A stretch of 64,000 bases of DNA, taken from NCBI GenBank assembly GCA_965261595.1, contig CBDHDG010000005.1, forward strand, positions 64,001 to 128,000, written 5' to 3'. The position numbers and the translations under genes are program-made. Below, one piece after another: positions 1 through 11,954 of the stretch (position 1 is the stretch's first letter; each line of letters begins with the position of its first letter). This DNA is from a bacterium (GTDB lineage: Bacteria; UBA8248; JACPRG01; G963555815). Below the pieces are notes generated by a model. That model did no database searches and was not told the DNA's origin. It saw nothing but the letters and a program-made list of their open reading frames with translations.

Positions 1-566
1 TCGCCAAGCGGTTCGGCCGGGAGTATTTCGACGGGACCCGGGATCAGGGGTGCGGAGGTTACCGTTACGATGGCCGGTGGAAGCCGGTCGCGAAGCGGAT
101 GATCGAATATTACGGTCTCACCGGCCGCGAAAGGATACTCGACATCGGAAGCGGGAAGGGCTTCCTGCTTCACGATTTTCGTGGATGGATGCCCGAAGCG
201 GAGGTCGCGGGAGTCGATATCTCCGCCTACGCGATCGAACACACCCTGGAGGACATCAAGCCGTTCATGCAGCGGGGCCATGCCGCGGACCTGCCCTATC
301 CGGACAACACCTTCGACTTGGTCATTTCCATCAATGTCATTCACAACCTTTGGGACAAGGAATGCCGCCGGGCCCTCCGGGAGATGGAGCGCGTCGGGCG
401 CAAACACAAATATCTCCAGATGGACTCTTTCCGGAACCGGGAAGAGGAGGAAAAGCTGAGGAATTGGCAGTTGACCGTGGAGTTGTTCTATATCACGGAC
501 CAGTGGAAGCGTATGTTTGAAGAAGAAGGATACTCGGGCGAATTTTATTGGACGATCACCGAATGA
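1..566 (+). CDS. Class I SAM-dependent methyltransferase (5' end outside window)
   Basis: Frame is open from base 3 (AKRFGREYFDG...GGYRYDGRW); SAM motif ILDIGSGKG; LPYPDNTFDLVIS. Confidence 0.85.
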   Translation, partial: AKRFGREYFDGTRDQGCGGYRYDGRWKPVAKRMIEYYGLTGRERILDIGSGKGFLLHDFRGWMPEAEVAGVDISAYAIEHTLEDIKPFMQRGHAADLPYPDNTFDLVISINVIHNLWDKECRRALREMERVGRKHKYLQMDSFRNREEEEKLRNWQLTVELFYITDQWKRMFEEEGYSGEFYWTITE

Positions 567-687
567 GGGCGACAAAGGCGGCCGGCCTGGAACCGCCGAA
601 TGGCCCCCCCCCCTTCCGGCCCGGAGTCAATACACCCGTTGATCGGGTCTCCAATGTCAGCCGTTTCCTCATCCATTCCCACCCGAT

Positions 688-722
688 AAAAAAAGGGCCA
701 CGGGATTTCCCGTAGCCCTTTG
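688..722 (-). terminator. Rho-independent terminator after tRNA-Phe
   Basis: Minus strand AAAGGGCTACGGG-AAAT-CCCGTGGCCCTTT followed by a T run. Confidence 0.75.
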
Positions 723-729
723 AATTTCA

Positions 730-805
730 TGGTGCCGGGGGGCGGAATCGAACCGTCGACACATGGATTTTCAGTCCACTGCTCTACCGACTGAGCTACC
801 CCGGC
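730..805 (-). tRNA. tRNA-Phe (GAA)
   Basis: GCCGGGGTAGCTCAGTCGGTAGAGCAGTGGACTGAAAATCCATGTGTCGACGGTTCGATTCCGCCCCCCGGCACCA: 76-nt cloverleaf, anticodon GAA, CCA end, one A-C mismatch in the T stem. Confidence 0.95.
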
Positions 806-830
806 ACCGTTTGTTTTTCAATGAGTTACA

Positions 831-1823
831 CTAACGGCCTTCCACTTGATAGGCGCTAGTGTCTGTTTTACTGCCTTCTGCGCCGTCAAGAAGCGCCACC
901 GCCTGGGCCTTGTGACGGTCCGTCAGGTGCGAATACCGCATGACCATCCGCCTCGTCTTAGCGCCCCCTTGAAGCCTGTACGGATGCTCTGTATCGCCTC
1001 CCCGTCCTGGGGTCGACAGAACACAAATCCCCCGTCCAGACGGGTACGGGATGCTCTCCAATATCGCACGGGCCGTTGCGTTCAGTGGGACCGTCCGACC
1101 TTCACCGGACTTCGCCTCTCCGACTCTCAGATACCCCCCTCTGAGGTCCACATCTTGCCACTTCAGGCGAAATATCTCGCCCTGTCGAAGCCCTGTGTGA
1201 CGGGCGAAATCGTAAATCCGGCAGATGCGCGGGTGCATCTCGGCCCGAAGCCGTTCCCGTTCTTCCGGTTCCAGAATTCAGCAACGGGCGTTATTCTCCT
1301 TCAAAAATTTGACTTTGGCAACCGGGTTGCTTCCGGCCTTCCCGCCCTCAATGGCACGATTGAACAGCGTTTTCAAAAGCGCCAGTTCCCGGTTGACCGT
1401 CGCGGGTTTCTTCCCCTGGTCCAGCCTGTTCGTTTGGTAGCCGTGGACCATTTCCGGCGTGATGGCGTCCAGGTACAGGTCCCCAAAAGCGGGTAGAAGG
1501 GCCTTGATGCTGGCTTCATCCCGCTTCGCGGATTTCTTTCGGGCGGAATAGACGCGGGCATATTCCTCCCCGTACTGCCGAAACGTCACTCGCCGGACCA
1601 TCTTCTTGTCCAGATGCTTTCCTTCGGCGATCTCCGTCCTCCGCTTCCCCATCACGGTCACGGCCAGCCGCTTGTTCGGCCCGATCCATTCCCGGACCCG
1701 CCTTCCACCGGCGTAGTAATCCAAGAAATAATTGCCCTTGGTATCCTGGTGCACCCCAGGCGGGAGACGGAGGGCCTTTCGCTTGGATGACCCGCGCGAT
1801 TTCCGGGAGGTCGGTGCGTTCAT
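831..1823 (-). pseudogene. Tyrosine recombinase/phage integrase pseudogene
   Basis: N-terminal arm/core-binding region (ATVNRELALLKTLFNRA); in-frame TGA at 1278-1280; TGLRQGEI and RYSHL present; frameshift near 1040 and HxxR/LGH boxes missing. Confidence 0.85.
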
Positions 1824-2014
1824 GGCTTTTTCCTCCGTTTCTTAGGGCGTTTGGCCGTCCCCTCGGCCTCGCGGTCCAGGGCCTCGGCGATAAAGCGCCG
1901 GGCAACCGCCGAGACAGTTGATCGCTCTCGCTCCGCAATGGCCTCTAAATGCCGGGAGTCCTCGGCGCTCATCCGAAGATGGAAACCAACCTCATATCTT
2001 GTTTTACGCTTCAT
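1820..2014 (-). CDS. CopG/ribbon-helix-helix DNA-binding protein
   Basis: FHLRMSAEDSRHLEAIAERERSTVSAVARRFIAEAL; ATGA overlap with the integrase start. Confidence 0.7.
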   Translation of the reverse strand: MKRKTRYEVGFHLRMSAEDSRHLEAIAERERSTVSAVARRFIAEALDREAEGTAKRPKKRRKKP

Positions 2015-2209
2015 GTAGAACACAATAGAATATTTAGCTACGGATGTCAACCGCCTTTCAACCTTTCAACGAATGATCTTGGCGGCGGTCTTGTTGCCCT
2101 CGATGTACCAGTTCCAGGCCCTCCACGTCGAATCGGAGGGGTTTCCCCAACTTCACCTTCGGAATGCGCCCCATGATGGCCCATTGGCGAACGGGCAGCG
2201 CGGTAAGGA

Positions 2210-2540
2210 GGGTGGGTAACCGCTGCGTAACCGCTGGGTAACCGCTAGGTGGTTACCTTTTTCGGCGGCCGGGGAGATCCGCTCAACCCGCGTCGTTGCA
2301 GGCTTTAGCGGTATCGGCGGGGGAGGAAGGCTGCGGGCGCTTACAGGGCATAACCGAAGTAACCGCATTTGTAAGGGGGGGGAGCCTATAGAATGTTGTC
2401 GGGGGGGCCACCTATCACCCCGTAGGCGTCCTCCTTGAATAGCAATAATCCATTTTAAAACAACTTGTTGCACTGAATCCATATGGGGCCCGAGTGCAAT
2501 TTATAGCCCCCTAGTCCCCCAAAGCGGTTACTTCGGTTAC
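2210..2540. repeat. Putative replication origin (iteron-like repeats)
   Basis: GTAACCGCT x3 at 11-bp period (2216, 2227, 2238); 16-bp inverted pair TAACCGAAGTAACCGC at 2351-2366 and 2524-2539 around an AT-rich tract; lies just downstream of the replicase. Confidence 0.6.
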
Positions 2541-2571
2541 GGCCAAGGGCGACGGGAGGGGTGGAAATTCC

Positions 2572-5240
2572 TCACTCAGAATCCCAATCGGGCTGATCGT
2601 TTTCGGACTGGGCTTCGAGCGCAGAGAGGGGTGGGAATTCCTCACCCAAGAGGGCCGCCACCGCCGGGCACCTCACCTTCAGGACGCGGTGATTTTTTCC
2701 CTTAATCTTCACGACGTAGGAATTGCGCCCCGTAGCGCATTCCGTAAGTCCCTCCTTGCCGAGGTCCTGGTGGAGCCGCCCCTGGCGGACGGCAAACGGC
2801 TCCCCGGACTCCTCGCAGAAACGAGAAACCGCACGGAAGGATGCTACGGGGAGCAGGTAGAGGTCGTTCTTGTCGTGCCATCCCAAGAACTCCGCCCGCC
2901 CGGTGTAATCCTTCCCGAACTCGAACTGCTTGCGGGCGAAAACGATCGCCTTCCCCTGAGTAAGCAAATTCGCCAGGACCTGAAAAAACCGCACGGAGGG
3001 GCGCTCCTCCTCCACCGCTTTTGATTGCACCGCCGCCAGTTCCGCCAGGGCTTCCCACCCCTCGGCGCGCAGGGCCTCCGCCACGGCGTGCGGGCAGGCG
3101 CCCACCGCCTCCGCGTACTCGAGGCCGCTCTCCATGCCAAGCCACAGGTGGGCAATGACCTCCGGGATGCGCAGGTGCCGCCCCCGGGCAGTGGCTTTGC
3201 GCCGCGCTTTCTCGAACACTTTGGCCAGCTTCTTGCGGAGCTTGGGTATCTGCGGCGCCAACCAGAGCACGTAGCCTGCCATTGCGTGAGGGAGGCGAGA
3301 ATCCCCCTGCTGCACCGCGCTCAGGGCCTTCAGGTCCACGTCCTCGCGCGTGACCTCGACAATCAGCATTCGCGCCAAAAGACTCTGGCCGGGAGGCCGC
3401 CCCTCACCCGTCGAGATGATGATCCCCCGGGGGGAATAGGCGGGGCGGTCGGTCAGGTCCGCCCGAAGCCTCCCCCGCCCGGCAAGGTTCCCCTGGGAGC
3501 GCAAGAGTCGAGCGGCCGTGCTTTCCAGCTTGCGGCGGTCGTTGCCTGAGGGGGCGAAGTCGTCCACCACGAACGGGAGGTCCTTCAGCGCAAAAGCCTG
3601 CTTTTCCAACTGGTTGGCCGTCGAACTCCACGCGCCAGGCAGATGAGTCCGCTCAAAATCTCCGAAGTGGCTGAGGAAGAGGGGGGCCAGAGTGGATTTC
3701 AACGAGCCCGTCTGTCCTTCCAGCCAGAGGTTAAGGTCACAGGGAAATATGGACGCCAGGGGGGCTCGAAACATGACGGCCCAAAGGGGGAGCGTAATGC
3801 GGAGGGGGGCGAGGCGGAGAAGTTTGAGGCTTTCCTCCATCGCACCCGCCGGGTCTTTGGGTTCTCGGGGCAGAGAGTAGCGCGTGAGCTCCTGACCCAG
3901 GTCCACCTCGAAACCCTCATGTCCGACGGCGCCGCCTGATGTGAGGTAGACCCACTCGCCGTCCATCTCGCGCCACCCCGTGTGGGTGAACACGTGGCGC
4001 CGCCGCGCTTTCGGCGACAGCACCTGAATGGCCTCACGGAGATAGTCCTTCGTTGCGGGTCCGGCGGCCACGATGGCCTTGAGCCCCCACCGGTCGGTGA
4101 CCCAACCCAAGCCCCCGAATTGCGCGGCAGGGATTGTTTTAGGCGGAAGCGGCTCGCCGGTGTCCGTGGCGCCCTCGATGCGGAAGGCCGTCGTTGTCTC
4201 AACGCCATCATCGAGGATGAGTTCTTCCGTCACGTGGCAGACGAAATTGTTCGTGAGGGGATGCGCGACCGGCCCCTCGCGCGTCTGGCGCCACCTGATG
4301 ATCCTGCCATCCTTGATTTCGTAGTGCGACCCGCCAGGGGCCTCCCGCGCCTCCCGCGCCCCGCCACGGAGTGCAAGCCACTTCCGCAGGCAGGCGACCA
4401 CCTTCTTGCCGTCTCCCCGGAGAAGTTCCGCAAGCGTCGGTCCACCTGTGGTGGGGCGCCCGCCTTTAAGGGCCTCGGCCGTCCCCGTGTCTCCGCGCTT
4501 CCACGACTCCTCATCCCCTGCGGCCCGCGCAGCCTCTCTCACGATGCGTGCGGTCAGGTCCTTTCCCATGCCGCCCCGCAGGAGGAACCCCTCCACGGCC
4601 AGCGCGGCGTGATGGCGGCTTCCCTTTTCCGGCCAGTAGCGGGCGAGAACGGCAGTAGAGGCCACCACCGCGGCCAAACGCCGGAGATCCTCTCCGTCCA
4701 CGCGGGGAGGAGGAGGGGGGGCTGCTTCTTCCACCCAAAGCGCTCACCTGTGGGGTGGACAGAGTTCGGTACGAGGGTCTGCACCCTGTTGGACCGGAGC
4801 TCTATGAGCATCTTCCCGTCTGGGTCGATGAATTTTTGAGTCTTGAGGGCAGGTGTGCAGCAGTACCAAAAGTGAGAAAGGGGATTCCCGGGTCTCCCGT
4901 GGACACAATCCGTTGGGGGGAGAAACGCGCCCGCCACGGCGCAAGCTTCGGATGCATCCAAGTCCACGTCCACCAGCCCGCCCGACGGCTCTCCGAGGAG
5001 CAGGCCGATGTTCGAGCCGCTGTGGAAGTAACGCTCCAAATCGTTATCGGCAATCCGGAGCTTCTGACACTCGGGCAAAGTGGGTCCCCTCTCCCCGGGG
5101 GGTACGGGTACGGGGCAGGCCTTTCAGGCCTGCATATAAAAGCGAGCCCAGGCAAGCGCCCAATCCCCATTTTTCGGGAAGGGAGTGCGCGTCATCTTGC
5201 GCCGGGGGGGCTGGTTTTTACTGGAGCGTTTTTTAGTCAT
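2572..5240 (-). pseudogene. Prim-Pol + DUF927/ATPase replicase, frameshifted
   Basis: NIGLLLGEPSGGLVDVDLD and SVHPTGE Prim-Pol motifs (ORF 4554-5078); frame change at a G run near 4720 into a 720-aa ORF with HTGW and GQTGSLKST motifs; further lesions near the 5' end. Confidence 0.75.
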
Positions 5241-5457
5241 CGCCGCGCCCCCTTGCGGGACGCCGAGAGGCGGCGATAAAGGCGTCCACGTCCGAAATTT
5301 TAGACCGGACGGCCCCGCTGATCTTCACGTTAGGGATACGGCGCTGGTTCGTCCAGGCGCGTAAAGTCCATTCGGCCAGCCCGAGATACTCGGCCGCCTC
5401 CCGTGTGGTGAGAAGCCGACGGGTGGCGGGGCGATCGTTTTTCTTTTTGAGATCCAT
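5233..5457 (-). CDS. Excisionase-like HTH protein (HTH_17)
   Basis: LLTTREAAEYLGLAEWTLRAW...IPNVKISGAVR. Confidence 0.8.
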   Translation of the reverse strand: MDLKKKNDRPATRRLLTTREAAEYLGLAEWTLRAWTNQRRIPNVKISGAVRSKISDVDAFIAASRRPARGRGDD

Positions 5458-5539
5458 CGAAGTTCTCCTCAAAAAAAACCGCAGCGGGAAACCCCCCTGG
5501 ACTTACCCCGGTTTCGTGGAGAGTTAAGCACTTGGGTTT

Positions 5540-6388
5540 TCAGGGTGTGCGTTGTTGTCTCCTTTCGTAGTTAACGGGTGACAGGTTGTCGATGGAGGAG
5601 TGCCGACGATGCGGGTTGTAGAAGCCCTCGATGAACCCGAACACCTCCATGCGCGCCTCGGCCCGGGTGCGGAAACTGTGGCGAGCGAGGAGCTCGCACT
5701 CCAGCGTGGCGAAAAAGCTCTCACACAGCGCGTTGTCGTAGCAGTCCCCGACCGAACCCATGGAGGGACGCACGCCCGCCTGCCGGCAGCGCTGCCCAAA
5801 GGCGACCGAGGTGTACTGCGTGCCCTGGTCGGAGTGGTGGATGACGGCCCGGGGACGGCGCTTATACAGCGCCATGTCGAGCGCGTCGAGCACCAACTCG
5901 GCCCGCAGGTGTGTGGCCATCGACCACCCCACGATGCGCCGGCTGAACGCATCGAGCGCCACGGCCAGATACAAAAACCCCGCCCATGTCGGAACGTAGG
6001 TGATGTCGGCCACCCACAGCCGGTCGGGGGCCTCGGCCGTGAAGTTGCGGTCCACCAGATCAGGGGCCGGCCGCGCCTCCTGCCGGCGCTGCGTCGTGCG
6101 CGCTCCCTTGCGCCGACTGACGCCCGCAAGTCCCGCCCCACGCATCAGCCTGGCGACGCGCTTGCGGCCCACACGCACTCCCTCAGCCTCCAACTCGGCA
6201 TGGACGCGCGGCACGCCGTAAGTCCCCCGAGAACGCTCGTGGATCGCCTGAATGCGTTTGGTGAGCGCCCGATCGGCACACGAGCGGGCACACGGCGCGC
6301 GCCTGCGCCACGCGTAGTAGCCGCTGGAGGAGACGCCCAGCACCCGGCACATGGTGGCGGTCCGATACATGGCCTGGTTCGCCCTCAC
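5540..6388 (-). CDS. IS3 transposase OrfB
   Basis: Integrase-core DDE motifs. Confidence 0.9.
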   Translation of the reverse strand: MRANQAMYRTATMCRVLGVSSSGYYAWRRRAPCARSCADRALTKRIQAIHERSRGTYGVPRVHAELEAEGVRVGRKRVARLMRGAGLAGVSRRKGARTTQRRQEARPAPDLVDRNFTAEAPDRLWVADITYVPTWAGFLYLAVALDAFSRRIVGWSMATHLRAELVLDALDMALYKRRPRAVIHHSDQGTQYTSVAFGQRCRQAGVRPSMGSVGDCYDNALCESFFATLECELLARHSFRTRAEARMEVFGFIEGFYNPHRRHSSIDNLSPVNYERRQQRTP

Positions 6389-6699
6389 GAACCCGTAGAT
6401 CCGGACGGGATCGAATCGGTCTCCCGAGCAAACCAGGCCGCGGCTTTTGCTAAGATCTCCCGCTCCTGGCGGAGCTGTCGGTTCTCGCGGCGAAGTCGGC
6501 GCAACTCCTCCCGCTCATCGCTCGTGAGCCCGTCTTTGCGACGCCCCTCGTCAACGTCGGCTTGATGGGCCCAGGTGCGGATCGTCTGCGCCGAGGGCTC
6601 GAACTCGTGCGCCAGCGCCTCGGGCGTGCGTCCCGCCCGGACCAACTCTACCATCTGGCAGCGGAACTCCATTGGATAGCGTGGGTGAGTCTGTGGCAT
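6385..6699 (-). CDS. IS3 transposase OrfA
   Basis: HTH plus leucine zipper; A-AAA-G slippery site at LAKAAAWF. Confidence 0.9.
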   Translation of the reverse strand: MPQTHPRYPMEFRCQMVELVRAGRTPEALAHEFEPSAQTIRTWAHQADVDEGRRKDGLTSDEREELRRLRRENRQLRQEREILAKAAAWFARETDSIPSGSTGS

Positions 6700-7526
6700 C
6701 GTGAACACCTCCTTTACCCCCAAATCATCAGGTGTCCACCAAACCGGGTCAACTCCACCCCTTTGAAATCAGGTCATCCAAGACAGGAACCAGCTGTTCA
6801 GTCCGTACCAATACTTCATCGGCGGATTGCCCCCATACTAGGCCGAGATAGCGAACCTGCGGTACTCCGAGCTCGAGTCGCAACTGTAGATCCTTAAGTT
6901 TTTGCTGGGCGCCGCCTGGGCTTAGCCGACCAATATCATCGTTCCAGAATGAAGTACCAGTGAAGACTAGGTAAATGCATCCCATCGCCAGAATAGCTAA
7001 TGAACTCCACTTAACCGTTCGTACCTGGTTCAACTGTATCACAAATCGAGGCAATTTTACGGCATTGGGTCCGACCCCTGGCCATAACAACAAAAGCGAT
7101 GGAACAACCCAGCGAGTGACTATGGCCGTCACAATTAACCCAGAGATCGCAAAAGTCCCAAGATGGATCAACCCTTCAAATCCGGCCAAGAGCAGCGCAG
7201 AAAAACCAACGCAAGTACTCATCGCGGCCATCCGAAGTGTTGGCCATATCCGTTGTAAGTGTGCCTCGATCCGTTTCGGCGTGTTAGCAACTGGTAGAAC
7301 AGCATGTATGGGGTAATCCACTCCTATCCCCATGAGAGCAACCCCAAATGACAGAGTTATTCCGTGGATTGAACCAAAGAGGAATGTAACTGCCGTGACT
7401 GCAGCCAATACTCCGGATACCAAAGGGACTGCAATAAGAACCAAGAGAGGCACTGAACGAAAGACCCATAGCAAAAATGCAGTAACGAGAATCGACCCCA
7501 TAACGGAAAATAACAATGCATCATCC

Positions 7527-10194
7527 TGGAGTTGACCCGGTTTGGTGGACACCTGATGATTTGGGGGTAAAGGAGGTGTTCACGATGCCACAGACTCACC
7601 CACGCTATCCAATGGAGTTCCGCTGCCAGATGGTAGAGTTGGTCCGGGCGGGACGCACGCCCGAGGCGCTGGCGCACGAGTTCGAGCCCTCGGCGCAGAC
7701 GATCCGCACCTGGGCCCATCAAGCCGACGTTGACGAGGGGCGTCGCAAAGACGGGCTCACGAGCGATGAGCGGGAGGAGTTGCGCCGACTTCGCCGCGAG
7801 AACCGACAGCTCCGCCAGGAGCGGGAGATCTTAGCAAAAGCCGCGGCCTGGTTTGCTCGGGATACCGATTCGATCCCGTCCGGATCTACGGGTTCGTGAG
7901 GGCGAACCAGGCCATGTATCGGACCGCCACCATGTGCCGGGTGCTGGGCGTCTCCTCCAGCGGCTACTACGCGTGGCGCAGGCGCGCGCCGTGTGCCCGC
8001 TCGTGTGCCGATCGGGCGCTCACCAAACGCATTCAGGCGATCCACGAGCGTTCTCGGGGGACTTACGGCGTGCCGCGCGTCCATGCCGAGTTGGAGGCTG
8101 AGGGAGTGCGTGTGGGCCGCAAGCGCGTCGCCAGGCTGATGCGTGGGGCGGGACTTGCGGGCGTCAGTCGGCGCAAGGGAGCGCGCACGACGCAGCGCCG
8201 GCAGGAGGCGCGGCCGGCCCCTGATCTGGTGGACCGCAACTTCACGGCCGAGGCCCCCGACCGGCTGTGGGTGGCCGACATCACCTACGTTCCGACATGG
8301 GCGGGGTTTTTGTATCTGGCCGTGGCGCTCGATGCGTTCAGCCGGCGCATCGTGGGGTGGTCGATGGCCACACACCTGCGGGCCGAGTTGGTGCTCGACG
8401 CGCTCGACATGGCGCTGTATAAGCGCCGTCCCCGGGCCGTCATCCACCACTCCGACCAGGGCACGCAGTACACCTCGGTCGCCTTTGGGCAGCGCTGCCG
8501 GCAGGCGGGCGGGCGTCCCTCCATGGGTTCGGTCGGGGACTGCTACGACAACGCGCTGTGTGAGAGCTTTTTCGCCACGCTGGAGTGCGAGCTCCTCGCT
8601 CGCCACAGTTTCCGCACCCGGGCCGAGGCGCGCATGGAGGTGTTCGGGTTCATCGAGGGCTTCTACAACCCGCATCGTCGGCACTCCTCCATCGACAACC
8701 TGTCACTGGACCGCCCCTGGGTTATTGGACACTCGGGTGAGGGTATTCGACCTCATGCGGCCTCCGCAACTTGAGCGAGTTTTTCCTGCCTTGCCTGGGC
8801 CGGCGTTCGGTAGCCGTAGCCCTCGAGAATCCAATGATGGTTGTACAGGTTCTTGAACTCAAGCAGCGCCCACCGCAGTTCCTCTACGGTGGCGAAAGAG
8901 CGCACCCACAGGAGATTCTCCTTCAAGATGCGGATAAACCACTCACAGTAGCCATTTCCCTCGGGCGCCCGCACGAAGCTGGGCGAACTGGTCATGCCCA
9001 GGTAGGTGATCTCCCGCTGAAAGTCATCGGACAGATAGGCGGGGCCGTGGTCGTGACGAACTTTAAGCCCCTCGGCGACGTCCGCCTCCAAGCCGGCGAA
9101 GCGCTCGGCGACCCCCTGCCGGATCGGCTCCAGGGCCTCGAAGCGGTTGCCGCTCTTGGCCGCATGGATCCCCACGCAGTCCACCGAGCAGTGATCCACC
9201 GCCACGAACACCGAGGCCACCCCCTCCTCGGTGGTCACCGTCGTCGTCATGTCCGTGCCCCACATTCGGTCGGGCCGCTCGGTGCGGATGGTCCCGTTGT
9301 GGGCCTTGGGACCTCGGGGTTTGCCCACCCGGTGGGGGGCCTGAAGCCCCGCCTCCCGCATCAGGCGACGCACCCGCTCCTTGCTGGTGCGGATGCCCGC
9401 GAAGCGCAGCCTCGCCCACACCTTGCGGTAGCCCTCGCCATGGAAGGGAGAGTCCTCCAGGACCTGCCGGATGTGGCCGAGGAGTTCCGCATCGGTGCAC
9501 GGGCCCACAGGGCCGTGCTTATTGGGCGTGGGGCGTTCATGAACGGGGACCGCCTCTCGCCGCCGTTGCGCGTAGACCGTGGAGCGCGCCAAGCCCCAAA
9601 GGGCGCACACCCGCTTCAGGCCGTAGGCTCTGCCCGTGGAGGTGAAGCGGGCCTGACTCATCGCCTCCACCTCCTGCCGGCTAAAGGGCGGCCGGCCTCC
9701 AGGCGGTCGATCTTCTCCCGCAGGACCTCGCCCTCCATCGTGAGTTCGCCCACCTTGGCCTTGAGCCGGGCGTTCTCCTCGTCCCGCTCATCCGCCGGGC
9801 GGGCTTTGAGCGCCGCCTCGCCCGCGCGAAGGAACGCCTCGCGCCAGGCGGAAAGCCGAGCCGCTGTCGTGCCCAACTCGCGGCAGAGCGTCTCCAGGCT
9901 CTCGCCCCGCAAAAGACGCAGGACCGCCTCCCGCTTGCGCTGGCAGGAGAACCGACCCCGCTCACTGCGATGCCCTGGGGCCTTGGCTCCGTTCGCCCTG
10001 CGGGCGCCCTCCGCCAAAGCCCCCTCTTGCTTTTGTTCGTTCATCGCGACACCCCTTTCTCCATGAATCATGGATCAATCGAGTGTCCAACAAAACCCTA
10101 GAGCGGGGGATCACCCGTTAACTACGAAAGGAGACAACAACGCACACCCTGAAAACCCAAGTGCTTAACTCTCCATGAAACCGGGGTAAGTCCA
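7527..10194 (+). mobile_element. IS3-family element A, copy 2, interrupted by element B
   Basis: Near-identical to copy 1; 3-bp TSD TCC (7524-7526, 10195-10197); its 3' end resumes at 10115. Confidence 0.92.
8707..10110 (-). mobile_element. IS3-family element B, copy 1 (1404 bp)
   Basis: orfA ~9658-10044, orfB 8753-9661 (WGTDMT, RHDHG, PEGNG); imperfect IRs; TSD TCAC. Confidence 0.92.
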
Positions 10195-10272
10195 TCCCGA
10201 ATTATGTTCCTTGTTTGAATGGCGACCACCGGTATCCCCGTAACAAACAATGTCATTTTTCGATCCTTATAT

Positions 10273-11940
10273 TCCGCATTTCCCATATGGATCATAAGTT
10301 TTGTCGGACCGAATGCCATTTTCTCGTGTAAGATCAAGGTGTTGGCCTCTCCCTGCCATCATCTTGCGAGGGGACCCAATGGGTGAAGCGAAGAAGGGGG
10401 CTTTGAAGATCCGTTTTGACCGTCGGCTGAGGCTTGAGTTTCACGGAACCAGAATCACTTCGGATGCGGGATTGCTGGCCTGCCGGGAGCTGGATGATGC
10501 GCTGGGTTTGACGGTGAGAGCGCCAGTGCAATTGCAAGAGATCCGTCATGGCCGGAACATCCAGCATGAGTTGGCGCCGCTATTGCGCCAGTCGGTCTAT
10601 AGCCGCTTGGCAGGGTATGAAGACACCAACGATGCCGAGCGGTTGGCCCAGGACCCCGCGATGCAAGCCGTGGTCGGCCGCCGAGCGCTTGAGAAGCAGG
10701 CGGCGGGCGCCAACACCCTGAGCCGGTTCGAGACCGAGGTTCTCACCAGGGAGGAGAATCTCAAGGGGCCGGAGCGAGCTGAACCGGGAGTGGGTGGACC
10801 GGGCCATGGCACACTCACCCCATCAGCGAATCATCCTGGACATGGACAGCTCGGAAAGCCCCGTCCATGGGGAGCAGGAAGGTACGGCCTACAACGGCCA
10901 CTTTCGTTGCACCTGTTATCACCCTCTTTTTTGCTTTAACCAGTTCGGGGACTGCGAAGGGGCGATGTTGCGCCCCGGCAACGTGCACAGCGCCGATGGC
11001 TGGCGCGAGTTGCTTTCGCCCATCGCGGCCCGGTATGAGCGGGCGGGTGTTCGCCGTTACTTCCGAGCCGATGCCGCCTTTGCGCGCCCGGAGGTTTATG
11101 AGTGCCTGGAAGCGCACAGCTTCCATTACGCCATCCGCCTTCCCGCCAACGACGTGGTGCAGCGAGAGATCGACTTCCTCCTCACCCGCCCGGTCGGTCG
11201 CCCGCCCAAGAGACCCATCATCTTCTATTACGACTTCCGGTATCAGGCTGGAAGCTGGGACCGTTCCCGGCGGGTCGTGGCGAAGGTGGAATGGCACTCA
11301 GGCGAACTCTTCCCTCGCGTCGGATTCATTGTCACGAACCTGACGGCTCGACCCGAGGGGGTCGTGCACTTCTACAACCAGCGAGGCACAGCCGAGCAAT
11401 GGATCAAGGAAGGCAAGTACGCCCTGAACTGGACACGCCTTTCCTGTCACCGGTTCGTGTGCAACCAGGTGCGGCTCCTTCTCTTCGTCCTGGCGTACAA
11501 CCTGGGCAATTTCCTGCGCAGGCTAGCCTTGCCCAGGGGGCTCAAGCACTGGTCGCTGCGAAGCCTCCAGGTCAAGCTCATCAAAATGGGCGGGAGGATT
11601 GTGCGGCACGCCCGGCAGATCATCTTTCAATTGGCCGAAGTAGCGGTATCCAGGGAAGAGTTCGCCATCATCCTGGACCGAATCAACCGATTACGGCCGG
11701 TGCCGGTCTAACCTTGTGCAGAGGGTTCCCGGCAGCATGAGGTGATTGGTTAACGGGTTGAACCGCGAATAAAGGGGACCGAAGGGCGAGGGTCCGCCTT
11801 TTGGGGCAGTCGATGGCCGTCAGCACCTTGTTGCGGAGGGTTGGAAGGCTCTTGACAGACCCATCGGAAGGGGGTCAACTGGTTTTCATCGGGAAAGGGG
11901 ACCGGAAACCACCCAAGCAAGTTGATATGGGAAATTCCGG
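10273..11940 (+). mobile_element. IS1380-family element A, copy 1 (1668 bp), frameshifted transposase
   Basis: IRs (T/C)CCGCATTTCCCATAT and ATATGGGAAATTCCGG; TSDAGLL, ILDMDSS, YNQRGTAEQWIKEGK motifs; frameshift near 10765. Confidence 0.92.
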
Positions 11941-11954
11941 TTTGATCACATAAT

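Larger units (their letters stand above)
5498..6757 (-). mobile_element. IS3-family element A, copy 1 (1260 bp)
   Basis: TG...CA ends (TGGAGTTGACCCGGTTT / TGGACTTACCCCGGTTT); orfA 6385-6699 and orfB 5540-6388 with WVADITY, HHSDQG, CYDNA DDE motifs. Confidence 0.95.

Noticed and set aside
1278..1280. In-frame TGA in the integrase as selenocysteine or readthrough
   Set aside because: Position normally holds Arg (likely CGA to TGA), and the gene also has a frameshift and lacks catalytic boxes
5495..6760. CCC on both sides of IS3-A copy 1 as a true TSD
   Set aside because: The two flanks are not continuous sequence (xis upstream region versus mid-MMPL), so likely coincidence or later rearrangement
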